A stretch of DNA of 64,000 nucleotides from a virus, in IMG/VR virus record IMGVR_UViG_3300020045_012645, positions 1 to 64,000 of that record; one strand, 5' to 3'. Shown here one piece after another: positions 19,149-30,036 of this stretch. The notes under the pieces are model-generated. The model saw only the letters and a list, made by a program, of their open reading frames with translations. It searched no databases and was not told the origin of the DNA. The translations under genes were made by a program, and so were the position numbers. How positions within the stretch are numbered: position 1 is the first letter of the stretch; every line of letters starts with the position of its first letter.

Positions 19149-21581
19149 ATGATAGATAAAAAAAATAACAATATCAAGAGTACCAGCTCTGTGAATGAGG
19201 CAAAAGATAGTATTGGAAAGATAATGGAAGCTGCTGGAATTAGTGCTGATGTTATAGAAGCTGTTTCTGAAGATAGCGGAATAGATATTGGAAATACTAA
19301 AGAACAATTAGAATCTGAAATAATTAAAAAACTTAGACCTGATTGGAAAAATGAACCAAAATTTGATGATTTAAATAATGATTTAATTGAAGCTAATTAT
19401 TCTCATGAAGCATTTAAGGCTAAACTTTTAATTAGAAAAGAGAATTTCGAAGGTGGACCAGAAATTAATTCACCAAAAAATAGAAGTAAGCATAGACCTA
19501 AGCTTATAAGAAAAAATGCTGAATGGAAATATCCTGCAATCGAAGATCCATTTTTATCTACTGTTGATATGTACAAAATTAATCCAAGAACATGGGAAGA
19601 TGAAGATGCTGCAAAACAAAATGAATTAATATTAAATTATCAATGGAATACTAAAATAAATAAAGTAAAACTTGTTAATGAAATTAGTAGATGTGTTGTT
19701 GATGAAGGTACTGTAATTGTTAAAGTTGGATGGGATGCAGAATGGGGAACAAGAACTATCGAGAAAGAAGAAGAGCAATTTGCTACCGCTAAAGAATCAT
19801 TTATTACAATAATGCAACAAGTTGAATCTGGAGAAATATCTCAAGAAGAAGCCGATGATATGTTAGCTAGTGGACAACTTATTAGTAAAGGTATGCAAAA
19901 AGTTTATGTCGAAGAAGAAACACTAATTAAGAATCAACCATTATACGAAGTATGCAATGCTGCAAATGTAATAGTTGATCCTACATGTGATGGAGATATA
20001 TCTAAAGCTACATTTTTAATTCATGAATATAGTACTTCTATGGCTGATTTAAAGAAAAATGAATATTCTAAAACTGTTGAAATTATAAAAGAAATTGATG
20101 AAACATCTGGTACTGAGGTTGAAGTAAAAACGATTACAGAGACTGGATTCTATAAAAATTTAAATTCAATTAATATAGATGCTGTTGAATTTATTAATGA
20201 CGAATATGGTTCTACTTCTGCAAATACATTTAGACATAAAGATAAGACTAGAAGAAAAATTAGAGCATATGAATATTGGGGATATTGGGATGTTAATGAT
20301 GATGGGAAGCTAGTTAGTATTGTTGCTACTTGGGTTGGAACAACAATGATTAGACTTGAAGAAAATCCATTTCCACATAAAAAGATTCCGTTTACAATTG
20401 CTACATATATGCCAGTAAAAAGAGAAATCCATGGTGAAGCAGATGGAGATTTACTTATAGAGAATCAAGAAACTATTGGTAAAATGACAAGAGCTGCATT
20501 AGATATTACTTCTATTCAAGCTGTTGGTCAAGAATTCATAGATGAACAATTGTTTCCAACTCCAGTACAAAAAGCTAATTATGAAAATGGTAAAACAGTA
20601 TATTTTAGACATGGATTAGATCCTAGGATAGCTATAAATAGAAAAAGTGTTGAGCCTATTCCAAATAGCGTATTTAATATTATAGAAATGCAAAATGCAG
20701 ATGCCGAATCATTAACTGGTACTAAATCATTTAGTGGCGGAATTGGTAGTCAAGCTTTAGGAAGTGTTGCTGCTGGAATAAGAAGTGCAATGGATGCTAC
20801 AAGCAAAAGAGAGCTATCTATACTTAGAAGACTTAATCAATTATTTAATGATATGGCTAGGCTTACAATTGCAAATAATCAAGCATTTTTATCTGAAGAA
20901 GAGGTTATTAGAATTGCTAATGGATTTACTAAAATTAGACGAGACGACTTGGCAGGAGAATTTGATTTAATTGTTGATGTATCTACTCCAGAAAAAGATA
21001 ATGATACTGCTGAAAAATTATATAAACTAATGCAAACAAACGCTGCTTCAATGGATCCAAAATTAGCTGCTATACATTATGTTAAACTTGCTGATTTATG
21101 GAAACTTCCAGACTTAGCTAGAAAAGTTGAAGAAGAAATGAATAAACCAATAGAGCCTGATCCTGTTCAACAAGAGATGATGCAAGTACAGTTAGAAGCT
21201 GCAAAACAAGCTCTTAAAAATGAGCAAATGAAAGAACAATTATTAATGAAACAAATGGAAGATTATGATTCTAGAATTCACGAACGTATTTCACGCTCAT
21301 TAGAGAACGAAAATGCAGACATGTTAGTTAAAGCTGCAAGAGCACAAGAGCATCAAGAAAAAGCCAGAAAATTAAGAGCTGAAACAGATATTCTTGACAA
21401 AGATTTTGCAAAAGATGTTAGTGGCAAAAACGACTTAGATAAAAAAGCTGAACTTGATTATGATATGGTTAAAAAACTTGAAGAACTAAATTCTAAAGAA
21501 AGAATTGAATTTTATAAAAGACAAGAACAAGAAGATGAATTGTTAAATCAATCTAATCAAGGAGCAAGCTATGGCATGTAA
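19149..21581 (+). CDS. Portal protein (N4 gp59-like)
   Basis: WKNEP, PKLIRKNAEWKYP, EGTVIVKVGW, AYEYWG, AESLTGTKSFSGGI. Confidence 0.92.
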   Translation: MIDKKNNNIKSTSSVNEAKDSIGKIMEAAGISADVIEAVSEDSGIDIGNTKEQLESEIIKKLRPDWKNEPKFDDLNNDLIEANYSHEAFKAKLLIRKENFEGGPEINSPKNRSKHRPKLIRKNAEWKYPAIEDPFLSTVDMYKINPRTWEDEDAAKQNELILNYQWNTKINKVKLVNEISRCVVDEGTVIVKVGWDAEWGTRTIEKEEEQFATAKESFITIMQQVESGEISQEEADDMLASGQLISKGMQKVYVEEETLIKNQPLYEVCNAANVIVDPTCDGDISKATFLIHEYSTSMADLKKNEYSKTVEIIKEIDETSGTEVEVKTITETGFYKNLNSINIDAVEFINDEYGSTSANTFRHKDKTRRKIRAYEYWGYWDVNDDGKLVSIVATWVGTTMIRLEENPFPHKKIPFTIATYMPVKREIHGEADGDLLIENQETIGKMTRAALDITSIQAVGQEFIDEQLFPTPVQKANYENGKTVYFRHGLDPRIAINRKSVEPIPNSVFNIIEMQNADAESLTGTKSFSGGIGSQALGSVAAGIRSAMDATSKRELSILRRLNQLFNDMARLTIANNQAFLSEEEVIRIANGFTKIRRDDLAGEFDLIVDVSTPEKDNDTAEKLYKLMQTNAASMDPKLAAIHYVKLADLWKLPDLARKVEEEMNKPIEPDPVQQEMMQVQLEAAKQALKNEQMKEQLLMKQMEDYDSRIHERISRSLENENADMLVKAARAQEHQEKARKLRAETDILDKDFAKDVSGKNDLDKKAELDYDMVKKLEELNSKERIEFYKRQEQEDELLNQSNQGASYGM

Positions 21582-21665
21582 AAAACCAGGTAAGAAATAA
21601 ATATGAAGTACCAGAAAACTTACCTGGTACTCTTGATTAGATACAAATTATAAAAGGAAAAAAAT

Positions 21666-22253
21666 ATGAATGAAGAAATAAACCCAAATATTATAGCTGG
21701 TAATGGTGGTCTTGCTCCTATGCAAAATATTGTACAGCAAAGAGAACAGCAAGTTTCTCAACCTACTAAAGAATCTGGATTAGGAAATGTTGGACAACAA
21801 GTTCCATATCAAAGAAATAGTAGTCTTGCAATGTTTGAACTAGCTAACGCTGAAAAAAATAAAGCTAAAGAAATGTTTTATGAAAATGAAGCAATGAAAT
21901 CTAAAACTATGCAACAAGACTTAGGTTCAGAAAAACAAGCCATGCAACAACAAGCACAACAATCACAAATTGATAATTCAATTTTGGGTGCTCTTAAATC
22001 TGGAGCTGTTGATGAAGCTACAGCTAATGCTATTTTTCAAGATAGTAGAGTAAGTGATAATGTTAAACAACAAATTGCAGATACTTTGTATCCATCTGAG
22101 AAATCTTCACCTCAATTAAACTTTGGTGACGAAAGAAATATTGATGCAAATAGAGCAACAGGACAATATATGAATGTTGACAATGAAATGTCTCAATATG
22201 TTCCAGAAGCTACAGCTAAAGAAATATCTATGTCTCAAGGTTATGGAAACTAA
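21666..22253 (+). CDS. Gln-rich hypothetical protein
   Basis: AAGGA RBS; head gene cluster. Confidence 0.7.
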   Translation: MNEEINPNIIAGNGGLAPMQNIVQQREQQVSQPTKESGLGNVGQQVPYQRNSSLAMFELANAEKNKAKEMFYENEAMKSKTMQQDLGSEKQAMQQQAQQSQIDNSILGALKSGAVDEATANAIFQDSRVSDNVKQQIADTLYPSEKSSPQLNFGDERNIDANRATGQYMNVDNEMSQYVPEATAKEISMSQGYGN

Positions 22254-22402
22254 TAATATATTTATGCACATAAAATGCTATTAAGATAGTATTAAGTGTG
22301 CTATATGTATAATTTTAATGCAGGTGCATAAAAGCACTTAGTACAAATTTTAAAGCAATGCCTTAAATTTATATTTAAATGGTAACTTTACAAGGAAAAA
22401 AT

Positions 22403-22795
22403 ATGAACGAACACGAAGCACTAGACTCTACAAATCCAATAGGATTAGATGAGATCAATCTTAGAAAAGAAAAATTAGCTGAAATTGATGCATCAATTGA
22501 AGACATTAAGTCTAAAATTGAATTTGCAGAGGCTATAAAAAGACTGCAATCAAATCCTGATTACATTAAAGTAGTAGAGGAAGGTTATTTAGTTGGCGAA
22601 GGCGAAAGAATTAGTAAATGTTTATTAGAGCCTACATATTTAAAAAGAGATCAAATTGAAAATATGATGGATATGATGTCTGCTATTAGAAATTTAAAAA
22701 CATTTATTATGTTTAGAGAAGCTGATGCAGCAAATGGTCAAGAAGAAATTGAAGATCTTAATGACCTTAGAACTTCTGTAAATGCAATGGCATAA
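22403..22795 (+). CDS. N4 gp58-like protein
   Basis: AIKRLQSNPDYIKVVEEGYL; position between portal and gp57-like gene. Confidence 0.7.
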   Translation: MNEHEALDSTNPIGLDEINLRKEKLAEIDASIEDIKSKIEFAEAIKRLQSNPDYIKVVEEGYLVGEGERISKCLLEPTYLKRDQIENMMDMMSAIRNLKTFIMFREADAANGQEEIEDLNDLRTSVNAMA

Positions 22796-22805
22796 GGAGT
22801 TTTAA

Positions 22806-24116
22806 ATGAGTACTAAAGAACTTAATTTTGATACTATGACTGATGAAGAAGTAGAAGCTATACTTAATCAAATTGATACTGGAACATTAGAATCAGCAAA
22901 CTCTGGTACTGATGATATTGACAATTTTGAAGAAGAATCTACAACTGACGCTACTGATGATAACTACAATGGAAATCTTGAGGACACAGAGAATGAGAAT
23001 GAAGATGCAGATGACTTAGAAACGAATGATCAGAATGACGGTTCCGATAATGATACTAATGATGACACGTCTGAAACTGGTACGGAAAACTCTCAAGTAG
23101 AAAAAACTGAAACTGACAACACGACAACTACAGACACAGATAGTACTGAGGACGCAAAGACTACAGAAACTGGAAAGATTGATCCTGCTGAATATGAGAA
23201 GTTAAAAAATTTCTATGAAACGATTGCAAACGCTGAGTTCGTTGCTAACGGTAAAAAAGTAAAAGGATTCACCGATCCTGAGAAGATTATAAGAAGTCAA
23301 CAAATGGCTTATGGTTACAGTGATAAAATGAGAGGATTCAACGAATATAGACCATTTTTAAAAGCGTTAAAAGATAAAGGTCTTATGTCTGACGAATCTA
23401 AATTCAATTTTGCTATGAGCGTAATTGATGGTGATAAAGCTGCAATTAAACAACATTTGAAGACATTAAATCTAGATCCAGTTGATTTAGAATTAGATGA
23501 ATCTGCATATGGTGGTAGAAATTATGTTGCCAGCAAAGAATCATTAATTTTAGAAGATACACTTGCTACTGCAAGAGAAAACGGGATCGAAGATAAGTTA
23601 AGAAAAACTATTGGTGAACAATGGGACGAGTCAAGCTTTAAAGAATTTGTTGAGAATCCTGCTGTTAGAGCTGACCTGCTTGAGCATATGCAATCTGGAG
23701 CGTTTGATGTTATTCAAAGTAAAGTTTCCGAAATGGAATTACTTGATACTTATGGAACATTTTCTGGATTAAAATCTACTGATAAATATAGAAAAGCAGT
23801 TGCAGAGATAAACAGAGAAGCTCAACATTCATATCAATCTAATTCAAGAGTACCAGCTACTGATACGAATAGAGTTGATGAGTTGCTTAGAAAACAACAA
23901 ACAGATGATTTAAAACAAAAGAGTTCTAAAGAAGCCGAGTATGAAGCAAATGTTCAAAAAAAGAATATCGAAGCTGATAATGCTAGAAAAAAAGCTGCAG
24001 AGTTAAGTAAAAAGAAAACTACAGTTACAAAAACTAAAAAGTTTGATCCACTTTCATTAGATGGTGATGATCTTTCAAGTTTTGTTGATGGTTTAATTAG
24101 TGGAAATATTAAGTAA
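22806..24116 (+). CDS. N4 gp57-like protein (acidic; putative scaffold)
   Basis: Acidic N-terminus, FVANGKKV, QMAYGYSDKM, FDPLSL; directly upstream of MCP. Confidence 0.8.
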   Translation: MSTKELNFDTMTDEEVEAILNQIDTGTLESANSGTDDIDNFEEESTTDATDDNYNGNLEDTENENEDADDLETNDQNDGSDNDTNDDTSETGTENSQVEKTETDNTTTTDTDSTEDAKTTETGKIDPAEYEKLKNFYETIANAEFVANGKKVKGFTDPEKIIRSQQMAYGYSDKMRGFNEYRPFLKALKDKGLMSDESKFNFAMSVIDGDKAAIKQHLKTLNLDPVDLELDESAYGGRNYVASKESLILEDTLATARENGIEDKLRKTIGEQWDESSFKEFVENPAVRADLLEHMQSGAFDVIQSKVSEMELLDTYGTFSGLKSTDKYRKAVAEINREAQHSYQSNSRVPATDTNRVDELLRKQQTDDLKQKSSKEAEYEANVQKKNIEADNARKKAAELSKKKTTVTKTKKFDPLSLDGDDLSSFVDGLISGNIK

Positions 24117-24160
24117 GTTATGCTAAAATAACTTGCTTAAAAAAACATAAGGAATAAATT

Positions 24161-25453
24161 ATGAGTATGAAGTTTAATCAAGGTGGATTTAATCCAGCTA
24201 CGTCAAGCATTGGTGCGCAAATTAATGACAAGTTTTGGTCAAAAGTTGCTGTTATGGAAGCTAGAAAAAAAAGAGTTTTTTCACAATTAGGTGAAAAATT
24301 AGTTCAACCAAAAAATTATGGTGACAAATTAGTTAAGTATCATGAATTACCAATTATTGATGCTAGAAATATTAATGACCAAGGTATTGATGCAAATGGT
24401 GTATCTTTAGTATCTGGTAAATGGTATGCATATGATAATGCTGGAGCCATGACTGGTTCAACTACTGGTTATGCAACAAAAGAATTGGCTAAGACTGCTG
24501 CTGGTGCAAATGGTTCTATCAAATCTGGTAATGGTAACCTATATGGTGGGGACACTGATATTGCTGTTATTAAAGGTTCTTTCCCTGCTTTATCTGAAGA
24601 AGGTGGAAAAGTTAATGCTGTTGGTATGAAGAGATTAGTTTTAGAAGCTACTGTTTCTGAATTTGGATTTCATGTACCATTTACTAAAAAAATGTTAGAT
24701 ATGGATACTGAAACTGGGTTATTAGCTAGAATTTCTAGAGAAGTTGGTGAAGCTCAAGGTGAATTAAGAGAGAAACAAATTGCTGCTTCTTTATTATCTG
24801 CTTCTGAAATCAACAGAGTATTGTCTGGAGACGCTTCTACTATTGCTCAAATGGGTGCTGGTGATGTTGTTACATTTACTGATATTAGAGGAATGGAACA
24901 ATCGTTAAAACTTGCTAGATCTCCAAGACAAACTAAAATGATTGATGGTTCTACTAAAATTGGAACTGTAGTTGTTGGTGCTGGTTATTCTGCATTTGTT
25001 GGTCAAGAATTATACCCTGTGTTAGAAGACATGGAACATGGTGGAGTTAAGGTATGGAGACCAGTTGAGTCTTATGCTGCCGCGGGAACTGTAATGGAAG
25101 ATGAAATTGGTAAAATCTCTGCTACAAGATTTGTAGAAGTTGAAGATATGCCTAAATATGGTGGAGCTGGTGCATCTACTACTGACGCTACTGATGATAC
25201 TGGCGTTGAAAATATGTATGTATCTGGTACTAACTACGATGTATTCCCTATTTTATATGTTGGTTCTGATTCATTCGGTACTATCGGATTCGAAGGTGAT
25301 GTTGCTAGAGTTAATACTGTTATGCCAACTCCTGATGCACACAATGATGTATTTGGTAAAAAAGGTGCTGTTGCTATTTCTTGGTACTATGGATGTTTAA
25401 TCTATAGAAATGAACGTATTAGACAAATCCTAACGACGGCGAAACTCGCTTGA
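24161..25453 (+). CDS. Major capsid protein (N4 gp56-like)
   Basis: PKNYGD, PIIDARNINDQGIDANG, PALSEEGGKVNAVG, YDVFPILYVGSDSF. Confidence 0.95.
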   Translation: MSMKFNQGGFNPATSSIGAQINDKFWSKVAVMEARKKRVFSQLGEKLVQPKNYGDKLVKYHELPIIDARNINDQGIDANGVSLVSGKWYAYDNAGAMTGSTTGYATKELAKTAAGANGSIKSGNGNLYGGDTDIAVIKGSFPALSEEGGKVNAVGMKRLVLEATVSEFGFHVPFTKKMLDMDTETGLLARISREVGEAQGELREKQIAASLLSASEINRVLSGDASTIAQMGAGDVVTFTDIRGMEQSLKLARSPRQTKMIDGSTKIGTVVVGAGYSAFVGQELYPVLEDMEHGGVKVWRPVESYAAAGTVMEDEIGKISATRFVEVEDMPKYGGAGASTTDATDDTGVENMYVSGTNYDVFPILYVGSDSFGTIGFEGDVARVNTVMPTPDAHNDVFGKKGAVAISWYYGCLIYRNERIRQILTTAKLA

Positions 25454-25477
25454 TTTGTCTAAATCAGTTTATTCTGG

Positions 25478-25500
25478 TTTAAGTTAATTTTCTGTATAAT
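25478..25500 (+). promoter_or_regulatory. Sigma70-type promoter of endonuclease cassette
   Basis: TTTAAG-N11-TATAAT. Confidence 0.6.
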
Positions 25501-25530
25501 TCTCCTATATAAAAAAATATAGGAGATTAT

Positions 25531-26271
25531 ATGGAGTTAATTAGAGAGATTGGTTCTAAAAGTTGGATAAATAAATCTGGAAAAAAAGATTCAAAAAAAT
25601 TTGGAATCTTTTTGTGTCCATGTTGCAACAAAGAAGTAGAAAAACCTTTAAGACAAGGAACGTCTGCATTTAGTTGCGGAAACAAATTTTGCAGAAAAGA
25701 AATGTTCAATGCTAATCCAAACAATCCTGGTAATAAAAAAAGAGAAGAAGATTGTATCTATAATATTCCATTTTATGGTTCAATAAAAGAAAGATATAGA
25801 TTCTTAAAAGCAAATCATAAAATGTGTAAAGAATGGGATTTGCTAAGAAATTTTGTAAAAGATACTCAAGAGTCGTACTCAAAAATTAGAGAAAAACATA
25901 GTAAGGTTACATATGAACTTATAGACTCAAATAAAGAATTATCTAAAGACAATTTTAATTGGGTTCCACTGTCTAGATATTTTGAATATGAAGATAAGAA
26001 TGAAGATGGAAAAAGATATATATATGTTATAACTGCTGACAAGCATACAAAAATAGGAATAACAAATAGTATAAAAAGAAGAATGGAAACTATGCAAGTA
26101 TGCAATCCATATAAAATAAATTTAATACTTGCTAAAAAAATAAATTCTGCAGAATTTATAGAGAAAAAAATACACAAAGAATATGCTGAGTTTAATGTTC
26201 TTGGTGAATGGTTTATATTGTCAGATAAGCAAATTAATGATATAATTTCAAACATATCATTGTTAAAATGA
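25531..26271 (+). CDS. GIY-YIG-like (T5orf172/Mug113) homing endonuclease with N-terminal Zn finger
   Basis: YIYVI..KIGIT..KRRMETMQ..EKKIHKEY..GEWF; CPCC...SCG. Confidence 0.85.
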   Translation: MELIREIGSKSWINKSGKKDSKKFGIFLCPCCNKEVEKPLRQGTSAFSCGNKFCRKEMFNANPNNPGNKKREEDCIYNIPFYGSIKERYRFLKANHKMCKEWDLLRNFVKDTQESYSKIREKHSKVTYELIDSNKELSKDNFNWVPLSRYFEYEDKNEDGKRYIYVITADKHTKIGITNSIKRRMETMQVCNPYKINLILAKKINSAEFIEKKIHKEYAEFNVLGEWFILSDKQINDIISNISLLK

Positions 26272-26284
26272 TTTTTGTGTAATT

Positions 26285-26326
26285 ATAAGTACCAGATATA
26301 GTAGTTCTCCCTACTCTGGTACTTAT
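26285..26326. repeat. Inverted CTGGTACT pair / hairpin
   Basis: ataagtaccaga ... tctggtacttat. Confidence 0.9.
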
Positions 26327-26409
26327 TTTATATAAGTTATTGGTTCCGAGATTGATCGGCTAAATGTGAGGCAATAGATATTAATCTAACCTATTATAAG
26401 GAAAATAAA

Positions 26410-27030
26410 ATGAGTAAAGTAAATTATGAAGAAATGACAAATAAAGACTTACAGACACTAATTGATGATTTTGAATTAACAGTTGATTCTAAAATTCCAG
26501 GTAAGCCAAATAAAGCTGAATTAGTTGCTACATTAATGGCATACAAAGTTCAACAAGACATTATTAATGGTATTGAAGAAGATGAAATTGATGATGCGGA
26601 AGATACTAAAAATGATGAATTAGTTGCTACTCCAAAAGTTGTTAAAGCTGTTGCTCAAAAAGATTTACCTAAAGATGAAAAAAGAAAACTACAAAGAGCT
26701 GATCTATTAAGAAAAGAAAGAGTTATTATATTCGACAAACAAAGTACACAAACAAAAGTACCAGTTATTACTGTTACATGGGGAAATAAGTTAGTTGGAA
26801 TTAATTCTGATGTTGTTAACTTATCATCTGGTAAACCTCAATACATTAGAAGAGGCGCACTATCAAATCTTAGATTAGCTACATTTACTTATTCTTTTCA
26901 AGAAGAAGAATTTGGACCAGTAAAACAAATTACTGAAGATAGATTTGAAATTAGAGAATTAGATGGACTAACGGAAGAAGAGATTGAAACTTTAGCTGCT
27001 CAACAAAAGTTTAATAAAAGAATTCAATAA
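26410..27030 (+). CDS. N4 gp55-like protein
   Basis: ITVTWGN; LTEEEIETLAAQQ C-terminus; synteny after MCP. Confidence 0.7.
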   Translation: MSKVNYEEMTNKDLQTLIDDFELTVDSKIPGKPNKAELVATLMAYKVQQDIINGIEEDEIDDAEDTKNDELVATPKVVKAVAQKDLPKDEKRKLQRADLLRKERVIIFDKQSTQTKVPVITVTWGNKLVGINSDVVNLSSGKPQYIRRGALSNLRLATFTYSFQEEEFGPVKQITEDRFEIRELDGLTEEEIETLAAQQKFNKRIQ

Positions 27031-27053
27031 TTATCTGGTACTGATGATTCAAT

Positions 27054-27092
27054 AAAAAGGGAATATAAGTTTTATCTTGTATTCCCTTTTTT
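27054..27092 (+). terminator. Rho-independent terminator
   Basis: aaaaagggaatataag/cttgtattcccttttt stem plus T-run. Confidence 0.85.
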
Positions 27093-27148
27093 AATGTTTA
27101 ACAAGATATAATAAAAAAATAATAAATAAAAATAAATAGGAATAAAAT

Positions 27149-27472
27149 ATGATAACTACAAGTGAAAATGTTAATATACATAAAGTAATTAGACTTGGCT
27201 CAATTACTGAGTATACTGTCGATAATGTTTCTATATTTATTACTCATGATGGTATTCAAAAAAGATTTGCACCAACAATTGTTACTAATGCAAACTTAAC
27301 ATCTCTTGGAATGATAGAGTTTAATAATGTTCCTTTATGGGGAGACGGAAGTTATTCGTTTTATATAACTGCTGAAAATAATTCCGATCTTGATACGTCT
27401 GGTGTGAACTTAAGTAGATTAGCAACTGGATATATTAAGAAAATTACAAATGTATCTACAATAACCGTATAA
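27149..27472 (+). CDS. Hypothetical virion protein
   Basis: ORF with AGGA RBS. Confidence 0.6.
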   Translation: MITTSENVNIHKVIRLGSITEYTVDNVSIFITHDGIQKRFAPTIVTNANLTSLGMIEFNNVPLWGDGSYSFYITAENNSDLDTSGVNLSRLATGYIKKITNVSTITV

Positions 27473-27484
27473 AGGAAAAATATA

Positions 27485-28156
27485 ATGTCAATAGAAATAG
27501 ATTTTATTAATTTTAGTGATGGAGAAATAATAAATTCAGAATGGATAGGTACTGGAGTATTTGATAGACTTATGCATGCAGTAAATGGAAACATAAAGAT
27601 ACAATTTGAAGAAGGTAGATTAACTGGATCAAACTATGCTGAAGCATATGTAGGTGCTATGCAAACTGCTATGTCAGAAAGTATGAAATATTTACTTAGT
27701 AAAGATGGAATTGAAAAAGCACTTCAGGTTCAAGATATACAAATAGCAATTAATGAGGTTCAATTGGCTGAGAGTTCAGAAAAATGGGCTATTCAGAAAA
27801 AAGTTTTAGATAATCAATTGGAAATGAGTAACGTAGATGTTACGTATAAAGAACAAAACGTACTTAGAGATTTAGAAATAAGAGAAAAACAAATAGAATC
27901 AGCAGCTGCTGATGTTGATTTTAATGTTTCAAAAAAACTTATTATGGAACAAACTAGAAAAGACAACATCAGAAGTAAAGCTGCTGAACAATTTGCTGAG
28001 TTTATGAAATATATATCTGCTGCAAATGTAGTACCAGGTCCTACTGATTTTGCAAACATGAGAGCATTAATTACTGCTATGAATACTGGTATTGCAAATC
28101 CAGACTTTGTTGCTATCATTACAACTAGTGGTGCTGACTTTATTAAGCCAGCATAA
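27485..28156 (+). CDS. N4 gp54-like structural protein
   Basis: GTGVFDRLMHAV..FEEGRLTGSNYAEAY. Confidence 0.8.
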   Translation: MSIEIDFINFSDGEIINSEWIGTGVFDRLMHAVNGNIKIQFEEGRLTGSNYAEAYVGAMQTAMSESMKYLLSKDGIEKALQVQDIQIAINEVQLAESSEKWAIQKKVLDNQLEMSNVDVTYKEQNVLRDLEIREKQIESAAADVDFNVSKKLIMEQTRKDNIRSKAAEQFAEFMKYISAANVVPGPTDFANMRALITAMNTGIANPDFVAIITTSGADFIKPA

Positions 28157-28168
28157 TAGGAGTTGATT

Positions 28169-28549
28169 ATGGCAATGTTTAGTGGTAAAAATGGTAAAGC
28201 ACATGTATTAGAGATAAGTAATCGAGCAAGTATTCAAACTATAAATATTGATGCTGTTACTTCTATCAATACAAGAATAGATAATCATATTGGTATATTA
28301 AATACTAATGCTCATGAAATACAAAATATATTTGGACTTCAAGATGCATTAGATGAGAAAAGTCCAATTGTTCATGTCCATGAAATTACTGATATAACTG
28401 GATTGCAAACAGTATTAAATGAAAAACAAGATACAATATCTGGAGCAAATGGTAGTTTTACTTATGTCAAGACAGTTAATTTTGTTGGTCAAAGTGTTAC
28501 TAACGGTACTATTGTTGTTGAAAATGGAATAATAACTTCTATTAGCTAA
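28169..28549 (+). CDS. Short fibre-like protein
   Basis: HxH..I.GLQ..L.EK repeats; VENGIITSI. Confidence 0.65.
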   Translation: MAMFSGKNGKAHVLEISNRASIQTINIDAVTSINTRIDNHIGILNTNAHEIQNIFGLQDALDEKSPIVHVHEITDITGLQTVLNEKQDTISGANGSFTYVKTVNFVGQSVTNGTIVVENGIITSIS

Positions 28550-28571
28550 TATTAGATAAGGTTGTAAAAAA

Positions 28572-29624
28572 ATGAAAATAAGTATACTTGAAGAAATTGA
28601 TAAAAATATTATTGAAATATGTTTAGAAAAATATAATATAGATTCTGATGTTGTTGAAAGTTTAATAAGAACAAATAATTGTATAGTAACTAGAAATAAT
28701 AGTACAAATGATATAGAAGGATTTGTACTTGGTGCTATTTCTTTAGATAATGAAGAATTATGTGTATCTTGTAAAGTAATAGCAATATGGGGAATAGATA
28801 TTCATATGGCTGTTGCACTTGCTAATCATCATAATAGTTTAATACCATTGGTTAAATATTCATCTAAATGTATGCAATTCATGGAAGTTAAATATGATAA
28901 TTTATTCAATTGGCATAAATTAATTATAAAACCAAAAGATGACTTAACTTCTAGAGTTCTTGATAAAAATACATATAGTAAAGATTTTAAAAGATTAAAA
29001 TTTCTTGTTGAGAATATAAATTCAAATATTCAATCTCTTTCTGATGACAGAGATGAATTTTATACATCTACTATAGAAAATAGAATTTTAAATCTTCCAA
29101 TTACTGAACATCATGAAGGAATATATTCTTTTCAATTATTAAGTAAAGAATATTGTGAAATTATATTATCAAAAACTAATAAGTATAATTATAGTGTTAA
29201 TTGTGATGAAAATACATATGCTCAGATACCAGAAGTTGTGTTAGAAGAACATGATGATGAATTATATTCAAAGATGTACTGTGTCTTCTTGGATTCTGTT
29301 AAACCTTTAAGTAAGTTAATGTATGGAGTGGAACCAAAAACTGTAAACTCAATTCAATTAGCTAGATATTCATCTGGTTCTACAGATAAAGGTAATTGGC
29401 ATTTTGATGAAGACTCTGATATAACATTAGTAATATCACTAAATAACGAACATTCTGGTGGAGGAACTGTAATAAAACCTTATGGATTAGGAAAAGAATT
29501 TATTGTTCCACAGCTACAAGCAGGAGAAGCTTTGTTATTTAGAGGAAAGCATTATATGCATAAAGGACTTCCTGTAACATCTGGAACCAGAGATTTGATG
29601 GTATTTTGGTCAGAATCAAACTAA
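28572..29624 (+). CDS. 2OG-Fe(II) oxygenase (lysyl-hydroxylase-like C-terminal domain)
   Basis: HFD...ITLVISLN..SGGGT...HKGLPVTSGTR (HxD...H...R). Confidence 0.85.
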   Translation: MKISILEEIDKNIIEICLEKYNIDSDVVESLIRTNNCIVTRNNSTNDIEGFVLGAISLDNEELCVSCKVIAIWGIDIHMAVALANHHNSLIPLVKYSSKCMQFMEVKYDNLFNWHKLIIKPKDDLTSRVLDKNTYSKDFKRLKFLVENINSNIQSLSDDRDEFYTSTIENRILNLPITEHHEGIYSFQLLSKEYCEIILSKTNKYNYSVNCDENTYAQIPEVVLEEHDDELYSKMYCVFLDSVKPLSKLMYGVEPKTVNSIQLARYSSGSTDKGNWHFDEDSDITLVISLNNEHSGGGTVIKPYGLGKEFIVPQLQAGEALLFRGKHYMHKGLPVTSGTRDLMVFWSESN

Positions 29625-29634
29625 TGATAAATTT

Positions 29635-30036
29635 ATGTATCAAATATTACAATTAAATCATGAAGATGTAGATATTGCTAGTGAATTAATAAATAGTTCA
29701 ACTTGCGTATGTTCAGATTGTAATGTAAACTTAGAATTACATGAACAAATAGACAATAAAGAGTGCCTTGTTCGTAAATTATTATATAATAAAAATATAA
29801 TCGGAGTATACTCAATAGAATTTGATTCTGAATTTCTAGGAATAAGTTTTATATTTATAATTCCAGAATATAGAAAAACAATGATGTCGTATAGATTTTG
29901 CAAAGACTTGTTGAGTTATTTTACTAGTGATTTGCCAATATATATAATGACAGATGATACCTCTCTGTTTAAAAAATATGTAGAGCTAATTGAAGATAAT
30001 TTATATATTCTTAAAGGACTTAGAAAAAATGGGTAA
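29635..30036 (+). CDS. GNAT-fold acetyltransferase-like protein
   Basis: IIGVYSI...FIFIIPEYRK. Confidence 0.6.
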   Translation: MYQILQLNHEDVDIASELINSSTCVCSDCNVNLELHEQIDNKECLVRKLLYNKNIIGVYSIEFDSEFLGISFIFIIPEYRKTMMSYRFCKDLLSYFTSDLPIYIMTDDTSLFKKYVELIEDNLYILKGLRKNG

